Assembly: GCA_905178155.1 (NCBI GenBank) | Contig: CAJINV010000006.1 | Coordinates: forward strand, 2,830,658-2,894,657 | Source: Amoebophrya sp. A120 | Lineage: Eukaryota; Protista; Dinoflagellata | Length of the DNA: 64,000 nucleotides | Direction: 5' to 3' | Shown here: one piece after another, positions 52,601 to 64,000 of the stretch | Position numbering within the stretch: position 1 is the first letter of the stretch | Layout: every line of letters begins with the position of its first letter | Notes under the pieces: model-generated | What the model was told of the DNA's origin: nothing | Databases searched by the model: none | What the model saw: only the letters and a program-made list of their open reading frames with translations | Translations under genes and position numbers: made by a program

Positions 52601-55600
52601 ACGGCGGTATGGCGAGCCCATAAAAGGCAAAGCCGCGGCCAAGGCTGCGGTCGGCAAAAAAACGCCCACGACCTCACTACCCCCGCCCCGGCGGCTATAT
52701 TTGGTAATTTCTGTTGCGATGTAGTACAACGCACACAACTTTGCAATAAAGAAGGGAGACCACGCGAGGGGTAGAAGTTGTGCACTCTCGCCATAGAAGA
52801 AGCCAGGGGAATTGGACTATCACATGACCGGCATGGAGAAAGATAAAGGAAAAAAAGCGATGTCTCTGTCGGCGCGGATTTTGTATCAACTGTAAATCGT
52901 ATGTCTGGGTCTGGAAGTAGAGTCTGAATCCGTACTGCGCAATTCATCGACAAATGAAATTCCAAATAAAGAACCTGTGATGCATGAGCCGGATCTTCAG
53001 CGCTGCTGCTGCATGGTGTGTCATGCAAAAGGAGCGCGGTTTGGGTATCTTCTCATGCTAATTTACGCATGGCGCACGCTTGTTGAAAAACTTGATCATG
53101 CTTGGCTAGGTACTGCAGGAGTTTCTTTGTTTCTCATTCGGTTTTGACAAGCATTAGACCCAGATAACATATTTGCCGTTTGATATTTTGGAGAGGCAAA
53201 ACACAACGAAGGGGAAAAAGGGACCGAAATTTCAACGTAAGTCCTTACTTCGAGAGTAGTGTATTTGTGATGCAGCTGTTCCAAATGACAAAGTGAAAGT
53301 GAAGCGCGACGATTTGTGATGCAGATTTTAAATGACAATGTATGTTGACAAAATAATGTTACTTCAGTTGTGGACAAAGACGCTGCGCAGGTATCAAATG
53401 CAAATACTTATGTCTGGATCTGGAACTTTGTGTTGCTGACACTGGCATGCGCATGGAAGATTGGCCGCTTGATGTCATGTGCAACAGCATGACAAGTCTT
53501 TTTCGGCTTCATACGAATGCATTGATTCGTAATATGTGGAAGCATTTTTACATCAAGCGCGACAAAGAATACTACCACTCCTCTCGATGCGTGACAGATC
53601 TTGTTGTCCTTCAAATCTTGCACCACAAACCCAGACCCAGACTAGAAGCTTGCAATGCATAGCAGGAATTCCGGGACAACCCAAGTGACGATGAGTTTGA
53701 GCTTATCCTGAGTAAAAACGTGGTTCCAACCCCAGAGTTGTCATGCGGATTTGCAATTACAGGAACGCTTGTAAAAATGCGCAGCCCCATGGAGCAGGCA
53801 TTTGCCATCGTGTTTTCGAATTTGTGATGCTTCTGTAAAACTAAATATCATGCGTGACTCCCAAACCACTCTCTGGATCATTGGTACTGCTACTTACGTT
53901 CCCAACTTGACTCTGGCGTGTCGCCCCCGTTTTTGCCCAGGATAGAGCTTGCGGTTTTTGGCGAGATGGGGGGCGACGCCGGGTTGGCGGCGAAACCCAA
54001 GCCGCCGAAGCCGGGTCAGGGGAGCCTGGTCGGGGCGCGCAACCAGCGAGTATGCATTGCAAATATGTCTGTGTCTTGGAAGTTGCGAGATTTGTCATGC
54101 TAGTCTGGCATGGCTCTGAACTCTGTGTTGCGTCACCGCAAAGCGCTCCTCTTGCCTGTCATGCAAAAACGCAATTTCTCATGGGGAGTACGCAACTCAG
54201 AACCACGGAAAAAGTTGTCATGCTTGGCAGCGCATTACAGTGTGCTCCCTAGTATTCCCTTCCTTGCATCACACGTTTCCAGACCCAGACGTATTTGCAT
54301 TTGATAGCGAGGGAAGCTGAACACCTCCTGGTACGACCAAGAGCCGGGGGTCTACATGAACGACTTGGGGGATGTCGTCGTTGACCAATCAGCAACGGAT
54401 ATCATTTATGCATAATGCAAATATCCACCCTGGGTGTCTGGATTTGTGATGCGAGACCTGAAGAACTAAAATAGAATAAATCTGTAATGCATGAATACGA
54501 TTGGCCATTTTTTTTGTCGTGCTGGAAGCCAGTTCTTTGTCATGCGTTTTATTTTTACGAATGAATTATCTGCAAGAAGCCTCGCAAAATTTATTCTCAT
54601 GCTTTGATGCCGTACTACATGGAGCCACTACGGCGCAATGCGAATGCAAGTATCAGCAAAACAAATTTTGAGACATCCGGGGACAGTATTTGTATTTGAT
54701 ATCATTTCTGACACGGATTTCGTGGAGAACGAAAACTCGGCCACGGCGCTGGCGACTACTGCAAGGAAAAATCCCCCCTCCCCATATCGAAAACGAAATT
54801 TGTGATGCTGTATTTGAGTACACAAATCGTAATCGACTTGTAAATTGTATTGCTACAAGGCAAAGAGGCGCAGTTGTGGCCTCGTTTGCAGGCAATTTGT
54901 CATGCTGTTTCCCACTTCCAGCTGCCTCCTGTCATGCTGATGATGCAAGGCTTTCCCACGCAGCCTAGCACTACAGTCCGCATCTTTTCCCTTCTAGCAT
55001 GAGAAAGCTGATTTGTGACCACAAATCTGCATCACAGATTTCCGTTTTGATATGGGGAAGGGGGATTTTTCTTCTTGATAGCGACGGGGGGTAACACCGA
55101 GGAGCAGCGGGCGTTCAACGCGAGCAGAAGGAAGAACATATGAACTGCAAATATGTCTGGGTCTGGAAGAATGCAACTTGTGATGCGGCATTTGGATTCC
55201 AAAAAAAACTGTATTGCATGAGCAGCAAAGGGAGTGTGATTTTTGCTACGCGAAGAGGCCGTTTGTCATGCGGAATAGGCATCAAGATGCCAACATCACA
55301 AAATCTGTGATGCTAGGGCATGCATCACAGACATCATGGCTCATGCAAAACGTGCATCACAAGTCTCAGAATCTTCCAGACCCAGACATATTTGCAATGC
55401 ATAAAACATGGGGCGGGGCAAGTCGACGGGGGACATCGAGGCGTTCAAACGAAGGATAGCAGATATCAAATGCAAATATGTCTGGGTCTGGGAGAATGCA
55501 AGGCTTGTCATGCTTGTCTGGCATGACCCATGATGCTTGTAATGCATGAACCACCAGCATCACAGATTTTTGGAAGGCTTCCTGATGCCCTTTCTGCATG

Positions 55601-58600
55601 ACAAATGCCCTCCTCGCGTAGCACAAATGTGGCTTCTCTTGCTGGTCATGCAATACAGATTTTTTTAGAATCCAAAGTTAGCATCACAAGTTCCAACCTT
55701 CCAGACATTGTTGCATTTGATAGCAGAAACCGAAGCGAAGAAGGAGGCCGAGGAGCAGAAAAGACTGCAGGATGCTATGACCTGCTCAAACGTTACAATC
55801 TCAAACGTTACAATAGAATATGGAAATCTGTGATGCAGGAGTGCATGATCTAGCCAATTCTCATAGGATTGCGCATGACAAGTCCCGGAGCACCAAACCC
55901 CACTACAATCTGGCGAAATTTGTATTGCAGAAACTGGAACGCTCTGTGACTCAGTCATGCTCATCATGCAAGACAAATCCCAGACTCTATTCATTGTGAC
56001 GTTTGAGATTGTAACACCTGAGCGGGTTATAGATGCACAGCCGAAATACGTTCCGTGGCAATTGTACAAGCAACGGAAAAGAGCGGACTACCTATCACAA
56101 GGAAAAATCCCCCCTCCCCATATCGAAAAGGAACGCCTCAAAAAGTTTGTGATGCTGATTTGTGACCACAAATCGTGTCTGTCTTGCAAGAAAGCAACGG
56201 CATCCGCCCCGCCCCATTATGCAGGCGGTTTGTAATGCTGTTGGCCCTACAGCCTAGGCGTTCCCCATGCTAAGTGCCTAGGCCAAAACCTCTGCGCACT
56301 GGCATGATATCGGCCTGCAGTGCCCTACTGCAAGACAAATCTGATTTGTGTATGCAAATCCAGCATCAGAGACTTCGTTTTGATATGGGGAGGGGGGACT
56401 TTTCACTTCGATACTACCGCTCTTTCGTCGGGGGTTTTTCGGGGGCAAACAACTATCCCACAGAAAAAAACAGGCAGGGCAGATTTGTAATGCAAAAATA
56501 AATACACAGAAAACAAAGTCTGCGCTGCGTATCGTATCCTACAAAAGCAGCATGCTAAGGGCTTGCCCATGACAGATTTTTCTGTCAATTATTTTCTGCA
56601 TTACAATAAATGGGCCCTGCCTGCTTTTTTCTGTGGGATAACAACATGGATCTGCAGATGGAGCGGTTGAAGAACAAGGAAGATGACCTGAATTTTGAAG
56701 AAGTGCTATCCTGTGTAAAAACGTCCTCACACCAGCGTCAAGATGGGGAATCTGCTAGACAAATCAACCAGCTTTGGTTGTTTGGCATGACAAGTGTGTC
56801 CGCGTAGTGTAATCCTGTTTTTTTAGCTAGTTAAGAAACATCACAGATGTAGCATATCATGCAGATTCTAGACTCACAAATCCCAAAACACGAATAGAAA
56901 ATGCTTCGCATAGGGCTCCGCATGAGAAACTTTTTTGGCATGCGGAATTGCATGACAACTATGGGGTGGGGACGTTTTTGCTCAGGATAAGTCCGCCAGA
57001 TGATTTCGAAAATCGGGGGGAAAAAGGATCGGTTTGTCATGCGCTTCGTCGCAGACGAAGCGGAAAAAGCGAAGTTCAAGGGGAAACAGGTACTTCATCG
57101 AATAGTTTTTCCTGTTCGTGAAGAAGAAACAAGTTATTGCTGCTCGTGTATGATCTGCATATGCTTTCTTTCCAACAGTTGTCAGTCATGCATTGGAGCT
57201 CCAATTACTTACTTATCAATCTGAAAAAAACATTTTGATTGAAAAAAACCGAACTACTTTACCAGGGCGCGTGGGTCGGCGGCTGGAAGTTCCAGGGCAT
57301 GGCGGGGTTCCTCGTGACAATGTATCAAAATGAAAAGTTCCCCTCCCCATAATATCAAAACGCAAGTCTGTCTCTGTGATGCGGGATTTGTGTACACAAA
57401 TCATTTTGTCATGCTAGAAGGGAAAAGATGCGGACTGTAGTGCTGTGTGGCGTGGGAAAGCATTGCATCTTCAGCATGACAGGAGGCAGCTGGAAGGGGG
57501 AAACAGCATGCCAAATTGCCTGCAAACGAGGCCACAACTGCGCCTTTTGGCCATCTAGCAATACAAGTCGACTTGTGTACTCAAATACAGCATCACACAT
57601 TTCGTCTTCGATATGGGGAGGGGGGATTTTTCCTCATGATTCCATGCAGATCTTCTTCATCGGTTACGCAACAGACTTATGCATTGCAAATATGTCCGGG
57701 TCTGGAAGAGTGCAAGTTTGTCATGCACGTTTTATTGCGTGAGGCATGATGTCTGTGATGTCTGTCCTAGCATCAGAGATTTATTTCTGAGGGCTTCATC
57801 TTGATGCCGATCCCGCATGACAAATGCTCTGTCCGCGTACCAAAAGCGGCTGTCTTCTCGTGCTGCTCACGCTATACAGATTTTTTCAGAATCCAAACGC
57901 AGCATCACAAGTTGCTTTCTTCCAGACCCAGATCGATATTTGCATTTGATAAGACTACATCAGTTACGAAGACCCGGTATCCTGTGCAAAAGTATCGTAC
58001 TCGTATAAATGCAAGTCTTGCATCACAAATTTTTTTCTCAAGGTAAATCCGCATGACAAATTTTATTTCTCATGCTGAGGAAATTTGTAATGCATTTATA
58101 CGAGTACGATACTTTTGCAGTTCATACCCGGTTTCCACGAGAATGTTGTGGGCGCTACTGGACGTGTATGAGATGAGTGCACAGCTCCCCCTCCCCCTCA
58201 TTTGTATAGCATGAACAGCAATACAAGCGTCAGGAATAATACAGGTTTTGCATGACATTGACAAATCCGCGCCGGATTGTAGTGCTGTTTGCGCTGCCAG
58301 AATCTGTCATGCAAAAAGTGCCAATAGCAAAAGGTCGTGCATTCGGTACTACTTTGCATGACAAATAAGGGGGGAGCGGGCGTTGTGCACTGTCATAGTG
58401 TGGGGGTGGTGCTGCCGTTCTTTATCTACGAGTTTTACCAACGGTTTAATGCGATCGGGTAAGTATGAAAGTTGCATGTGATGATCTTCACCGGTAAAAA
58501 TGCTCGCAGTGCAGCTGGTGCTGTATCAGACGCAAAGGCAACATTCGCTGATTCATACTGTCTCGCTTCGGGTGTCGTTTTCGTTTGTCCCATGCAGAGA

Positions 58601-61600
58601 AAAAGACTTCATCTTATCAAAACTATCAACCATCAAATATAAATATACCAGTTTCGCCTACTTTGACTCTTACCTGCACGACTTCATTTTCCTCCTGGTC
58701 GGCATCATCGAAGCCTCTTATCCCCTATCAAATACAAATATTTCTGGATGCCTGGAAGATCCTCGCAACACTTGTCATGCAGATTTTCCATGACTCCCGC
58801 ACTGCTCCTGGGATCTGGCATGCGGGACCTTGCGTGACAGGTTCATCTGCGAGGTCGCTATGATCATGCCTATTCTGCATGAGAAGCTCTCTCTTTCTCT
58901 CGACTTAGGTACTAAAAGTTGACATCTTTATTTGGTAGTCAGGCATCAATACAGATTTTTACACGAAGATCCAAACATAGCATGACAAGTTGCAAAAATC
59001 TTTCAGCCCTCTCCAGGGATATTTGCAGTCGATATCCCCTCTGGGTCGGTGGTGAAGCGCTGAAAATGACGAAGATCATCTATCAAAAGGAGAAATTATC
59101 CCCCCTCCCCATATGGAAAACGAAATTTGTGATGCTGTATTTGAGTACACAAATCGACTTGTATTGCTTGAAGGTCAGGAGACGCAGTTGTGGCGAGGGC
59201 CTCGTTTGCAGGCAATTTGTGATGCTGTTCGCCACTTCCAGCTGCCTGCTGTCATGCCGAAGATGCAAGGCTTTGTTCCCACGCCACCCAGTACTACAGT
59301 CCGCATCTTTTCCCTTCTAGCATGACAAAATGACTTGTGTACAAAAATCCCGCATCACAGACTTCCACGTTGATATGGCGAGGGGGGAATTTTCATTCTG
59401 ATATCGTCCAGTTGGGCAGAGTGGTGAACTTGCTTCGATTCAAGGACGTGGTAGCGCAGTTTCCGAAAATAAAGGCGATCGTGGACATATCCTGTACAAA
59501 AGTATCTGATACTCGTATTGCAGTCGTGCATTACAAATCTTTCTCTTAAGGTAAATCAGCATTACAGATTTTATCTCTCATGCTGAGGAAATTTGTAATG
59601 CATTTATACGAGTGCGATAGTACTTTTGCAATTCATAAGACAAGGGGACGCGGGCGTTCGATTTCCTCACCGTGCTGAAAGCGGCGATGTGGTAAGGACT
59701 TGTTTTTGCAAGTGCAGCTGCATCACAGACCCATCTGCTTATCCTGTTCATAGCATCACAAATTCCAAAACACAATTGAAAATGTCTACCTTGGGTATGC
59801 GCATCACAAATGTCCTTGTCATTGCAAATCTGCATGACAACTCTGGGGTGGGAACGTTTTTCCTCAGGATACATCGTTTTTTGCATGATCGCATCTTGAC
59901 ACAGTCTTTATTTTCTCCCGTGCTGGACACGACACAGACACACCGTACATGACAAACAACTTCTCCAAATACTATGTTCATATCTTGAAACAGGTGTCTG
60001 CTTCTGATCACGCTGATGACCTACATGTGGATATCACAAGAAAAAAGTGTTACAGTTACACATTTGTAGTGAATTCAGCATCACAAATTTGCCTCGCATG
60101 ACGGAGGAAAGAACTTGTAATGCAGAGATCATAACGCAAAACACACACCAAACAGACTCGCAAGCATTTTGCGCATAACAGCGGTCGCCTGTCTTGCATG
60201 CTTTGCACCACAATGCGTAGTAACAAACACTTTTTTCTTTGCATTGTGGACGCTGCTGATCACAAGCACGTTGAACCAAGATGTTATCCACAGTAAATTT
60301 CCCGTACACGTACAAATGCGGTCTCTGCATGACAAAACTTGGCTTCGATCCTAGTTTAGCATGACAGGTTTTACGCTCCAAATTGGTGAGATTTGTGATG
60401 CATGTTGTACATGTACGGGAAATTTGTATTGCATAGATGTCGAAGTGTCTTTGGAATACAAGAAAATGTCGGGAATAGATATAACCCGCTCAGATGTTAC
60501 AATCTCAAACGTTACAATAGAGTCTGAGATTTGTCTTGCATGTTGAGCATGACAACCTCGCAGAGCGTTCCACTTTCTGCAATACAAATTTCGCCAGATT
60601 GTAGTGGGGTTTGGGGCTCTGGAACTTGTCATGCGCAATCCCATGAGAGTTGGCTAGATCATGCACTCTTGCATCACAGTTTTCCATATTCTATTGTAAC
60701 GTTTGAGATTGTAACACCTGAGCGGGTTATAATAGACATTCGCGAATATTTCGGCCACGTCGTCTGGGGCTTCAACACGTTTCTCGGCTTGATGTCGATG
60801 GAGCATGCGGTGCTCGACCGAATGGCGCGAGCGTGTGCAGAGGCGCACGGAAACGGGATTCTGATAATTTTTCTACTGTATTGGCTGTTTTTTTTATTGA
60901 ACTTATTTTTGTCTTACTTATGGATGCGGAAAACCGAAAACGCGCCTTGCTTTCTTTCAGGCTGACTTTGTCATGCCAAAAATGAAGATGCATGGGTCAG
61001 TACATTCACGGTGTCAACAATATTAACACGACAAAAAAACTAAAACACGAAAAGGTTTATCGCCTTTGCCCGGTTCGGGATGCTGAACGTGCTAGTTGCG
61101 CAAATCGTGACGAAGGCCATCATCACTTCGCAGGAGCAGCGCGAGTACTCGGATGAGGTGATGGACAAGGAGCATCAAATCGCGTTGGCCAAGCTCGTAT
61201 CAAGTGCAAATATGTCTGGGTCTGGAAAGTTGGAACTTGTGATGCTGGATTTGGATTCCAAAAAAATCTGTATTGCATGACTAGCACACGGGGAGGGCGT
61301 TTCTCATGCGGAATAAGCATCAGGATCAGGAAGCCTTCTAAAAATCTGGGATGCTAGGGCATGCATCACAGGCGTCATTGGTCATGCAAAATATGCATTA
61401 CAAACCTGGCAATCTTCCAGACCCAGACATATTTGCATTTCATAGCTCGGAGCTATTTTTCGCGCTCTGGACGCAGACGAATCGGGGACGATCAGCAGGT
61501 ATGAATTGCAAAAGTATCGCACTTACTAGTAGTAATTAGACATTACACATTTCCTCAGCATTAGAAATATGAATTTCTTATGCGGATTTGCCTTAAGAAA

Positions 61601-62652
61601 AAGATTTGTAATGCCTGAATGCGATTTTTACTACGAGTGCGATACTTTTGCGGAGCATAGCAGGACGGAATTACTGGAGGTGTGCGAACTGGAGCAAGTG
61701 AAATTACAACTGCGAGTATGAAGTGCACAACTCCCCCTCCCCCTCATTTGTATAGCATGAATGGGACGAATACAAGCGCCAGCGAGAATGCATGTTTTGC
61801 ATGACAAATTTGCACAGGATCATTATAGCGCTAGTTGAGCTGCCCGAACTTGTCATGCAAACAGTGCTAAGCGGCACAGCCTCGATTCGGCGTTTGGCAT
61901 GACAAGTGAGGGGGACGAAGGGGGAGTGATGCACATTCATAGCGAGTCGCACAGATCGACTACCCCGATATCGTGGAGCTATTCGACGTCCTCGGGTCAT
62001 TATCCAAGGAAAAAACTGTGTAAGTGTAATTTTCTTGGAGGAATAGCATCACAAGTTTGCTCTGCATGACACGGAAAACCTGTCATGCGTAGCTAGTACG
62101 TGAAGACACGTACGAAAAGAGCCTCTGATGCACATCCAGCATGACAAGTGTAACAGTTTTGCACTTTCTGCATCACAGACCTACACTCACATAGTTTTTG
62201 TCTTGCATAGGCATCTCTAGTCGAAGGCGGAGAACCGGAATTAGCGGTGGAGGAGTTTATCGGCGCTTGCATGCGACTATGAGATGATGAGAGCACAAGA
62301 ACCTCCTATTTCCCTCATTTCAAGGAGGGCACCATGAGTACCAGGAATAGAAACACCGCTTAGCTACATGGACCTTGTGCAGCATGACAAGTTCTTGTAC
62401 TTCCTGCGCCGTTTGATGATGTCCGGGATTTATTGTCATGCAAACTGCGCCAAATGAGTTATTATTATACAGCAACTGGATTTGGCACTTTGCATGACAT
62501 CAAATGAGGGCCGCCGTGGGGGAAAGTTGTGCAATCTGATAGCGACTCAAGGGCGAGGCGAAGTCGAAGGATTCGTTTATCGTGCAGTTGTCGGTCATTC
62601 AGGCGACGGAGAAAATCGAATTTCTCGGGAAGACCACGGAGAGATGCAAGAG
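49696..62652 (+). CDS. Host gene 4: second single-domain 6-TM cation channel with EF-hands (3' end probably beyond window); 33 introner introns plus 6 GT-AG introns
   Basis: S1 FQGMAGFLVTMQIFFIGYATD, S2 LDVGVVLPFFIYEFYQRF, S3 HDFIFLLVGIIE, S4 LKMTKIIQLGRVVNLLRFK, S5 AMWCLLLITLMTYMWTLLIT, pore YFGHVVWGFNTFLGLMSMEHAVLDRMAR, S6 FLLFIAFARFGMLNVLVAQIV, EF-hand FRALDADESGTISRTE, then EEFIGACMRLKGEAKSKD. GT-AG introns at 51507-51701, 53237-53367, 57090-57265, 58459-58651, 59692-59993, 60878-61054. Confidence 0.85.
51979..52700 (+). mobile_element. Helitron2/Helentron-like non-autonomous element inside introner 51771-52795
   Basis: 11-bp IR gtagtgaggtc (51979-51989) / gacctcactac (52670-52680), followed by hairpin ccgcc-cc-ggcgg about 20 bp before the apparent end; tatat on both flanks. 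Confidence 0.6.
56454..56640. mobile_element. Introner, singleton family TATCCCACAGAAAAAA.CAGGCAGGG
   Basis: Long near-perfect TIR, TSD acaac, frame restored (GANN|MDLQ). Confidence 0.88.
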
Positions 62653-62699
62653 GTGTTCTTGGAATCATGATTTTTTGTTATACTACGTTGTATCAAGTT

Positions 62700-64000
62700 A
62701 CTTAATATTTTTCGCGGCCCGCGCCCTTGACATTCATGCTTATCAGGGGACCGACACCGAGGAAAAATTATGGCCGCTACTTTCTAGTTATGGTGGCGTC
62801 AACGACGCTTTTTTCAAGTATGCTGAAAATTTTGATATGCATTTTTTTTCGCATGACGATTCGGGTTCCGAGCACTTGGGCGACACTCGAAGACATCGCG
62901 CCCCGTTCCCACAGGGCCTGTGTCTATCAGCTTGGAGGCTGGCCACGTCAAGCTCCTCCGGGGCCCACTTCGTGGAGGGCCCGCCGTGTGGCATTCGCTG
63001 TTGGCGAGGCGCCACGGCGTCCCGAAGTGCACCAAGGGGCGCGCCCCTATGTGTTGGCGATGCGCATGCCCCGCCGCGCGGGCACACTTCGAGCAAGTAG
63101 AGGCGTTGCACAGGTTGGGCAAACCTCGACGATGCCGCGCAACATTGGGCCGCGTTTTTGGTTTCCCATCGATTCGGCGCGCCCACGTTCGTGGCGAAGG
63201 CTTTGCGGATGCGCCCTCCCTGTGCGCGACCGCATAGACATAGTCGGTGGGCCCGCCGCCAATCGCGAGCGCGGCGCCTGTGCGAGTTCAGTCCCCGCGG
63301 CGCCGCCCGCCCGCCGGGCCGCCGTGCAGCCCGCCGAAGCCTTTGCCGGGGTATGCCCCCGCGGCCGCGCAAGCCTGCCCGGCCCCGCGCGACCTGCCAG
63401 GCGACTGCGGGCCAGTAAATGCACTACCAGGAAAGCGTCGGCGGCAAGCCCCGGGGGCTGCCTCCGGAAGGGGTGAAAAGATGCCCCCAAAAAAAACGCG
63501 AAACCCCAGCGAATGATGCCCCTCAAAGAGGTCCCCAAACGTCCCGGAGCAATTGCCCGACGCCGGGCAGAGAATTCTCCGGAAATTGCGCCGAAGGACC
63601 TCTGCCTGTGCTTGGGGTGCCTCGGAAATAAAAGACAACAAAGCTGAAACGGGCCGCGCCCCCCCTGCAGGAGCCGCCGGTAAGTTGGCCCGAGCGCCGC
63701 CGCCAGGGATTTTGCTTCGCGATAGGCGGCACTGGCGCCTGTCAAGGGGGCGCGCACAGATTAGCGAGAGCAAAATGTTGGTGGTGTAGGGTCCACGCGC
63801 TTTGGCGGGCCAGGGTTTCCGGCCGTGTCCGGAAAAGCTGGCCCCCGTCCGGCCTTTTCTTCCAAGGTGCATTTTTTGGCATTATTTTCGCCCACTGCGC
63901 CCAATGTCTTCGCCGCTGGTATGTCGGCAGGGGTTTCCATAGATAGAGGAGAGACGGGGGGCCAACGAGGAAACCTTGGGCGGATGTCGGGAGGCGCCCT
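62700..64000. other. GC-rich block, probably an insertion within an intron of gene 4
   Basis: Abrupt compositional shift after a candidate donor at 62653; resembles the GC-rich inserts at 41394 and 51979 in composition only. Confidence 0.35.

Noticed and set aside
51979-52680. CACTA transposon reading of tagtg/cacta
   Set aside because: The motifs face the wrong way for CACTA termini and there is no 3-bp TSD.
7000-62500. Dozens of short Cys/Met/His-rich ORFs with recurring peptides (NMSGSG, FQTQT, VTFEIVT)
   Set aside because: They are translations of introner TIRs and motifs, not genes.
6331-62541. CRISPR-like reading of recurrent repeats (atgtctgggtctggaa etc.) with unique spacers
   Set aside because: The repeats are paired inverted termini of dispersed elements, the 'spacers' are coding exons, and there is no regular period or cas gene.

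Overview
Eukaryotic genomic DNA of dinoflagellate lineage: it carries a perfect DinoSL spliced leader at 17580-17600, and the intron style resembles that reported for the syndinian Amoebophrya. Four host genes lie on the + strand: a low-complexity protein (<1-3772), a single-domain 6-TM cation channel with EF-hand (6073-~34319), a coiled-coil protein (46659-48806) and a second, paralogous 6-TM/EF-hand channel (49696->62652). I traced 78 short (mostly ~150-325 bp) TAT...ATA terminal-inverted-repeat elements flanked by 5-bp direct repeats by hand. Removing an element plus one repeat restored the reading frame at all 76 junctions I could test, so they look like non-canonical introner introns. They fall into roughly 10 TIR families, occur in both orientations and share an internal GCAWNACA motif. 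One introner holds a 15-kb nested stack: an RNase H-bearing LINE (22-bp TSD, poly-A), split by an RTE-like LINE (12-bp TSD) whose 5' end is exactly the spliced leader. Between the channel genes is a DIRS-like tyrosine-recombinase retroelement with unusual ORF order (YR, gag-like, RT/RNase H) interrupted by a TIR element. There is also a Helitron2-like insert and a 1.5-kb insert flanked by 40-bp direct repeats. Most short ORFs in the supplied track are artefacts of the repeats. All coordinates and protein calls were read by eye; no searches were run.
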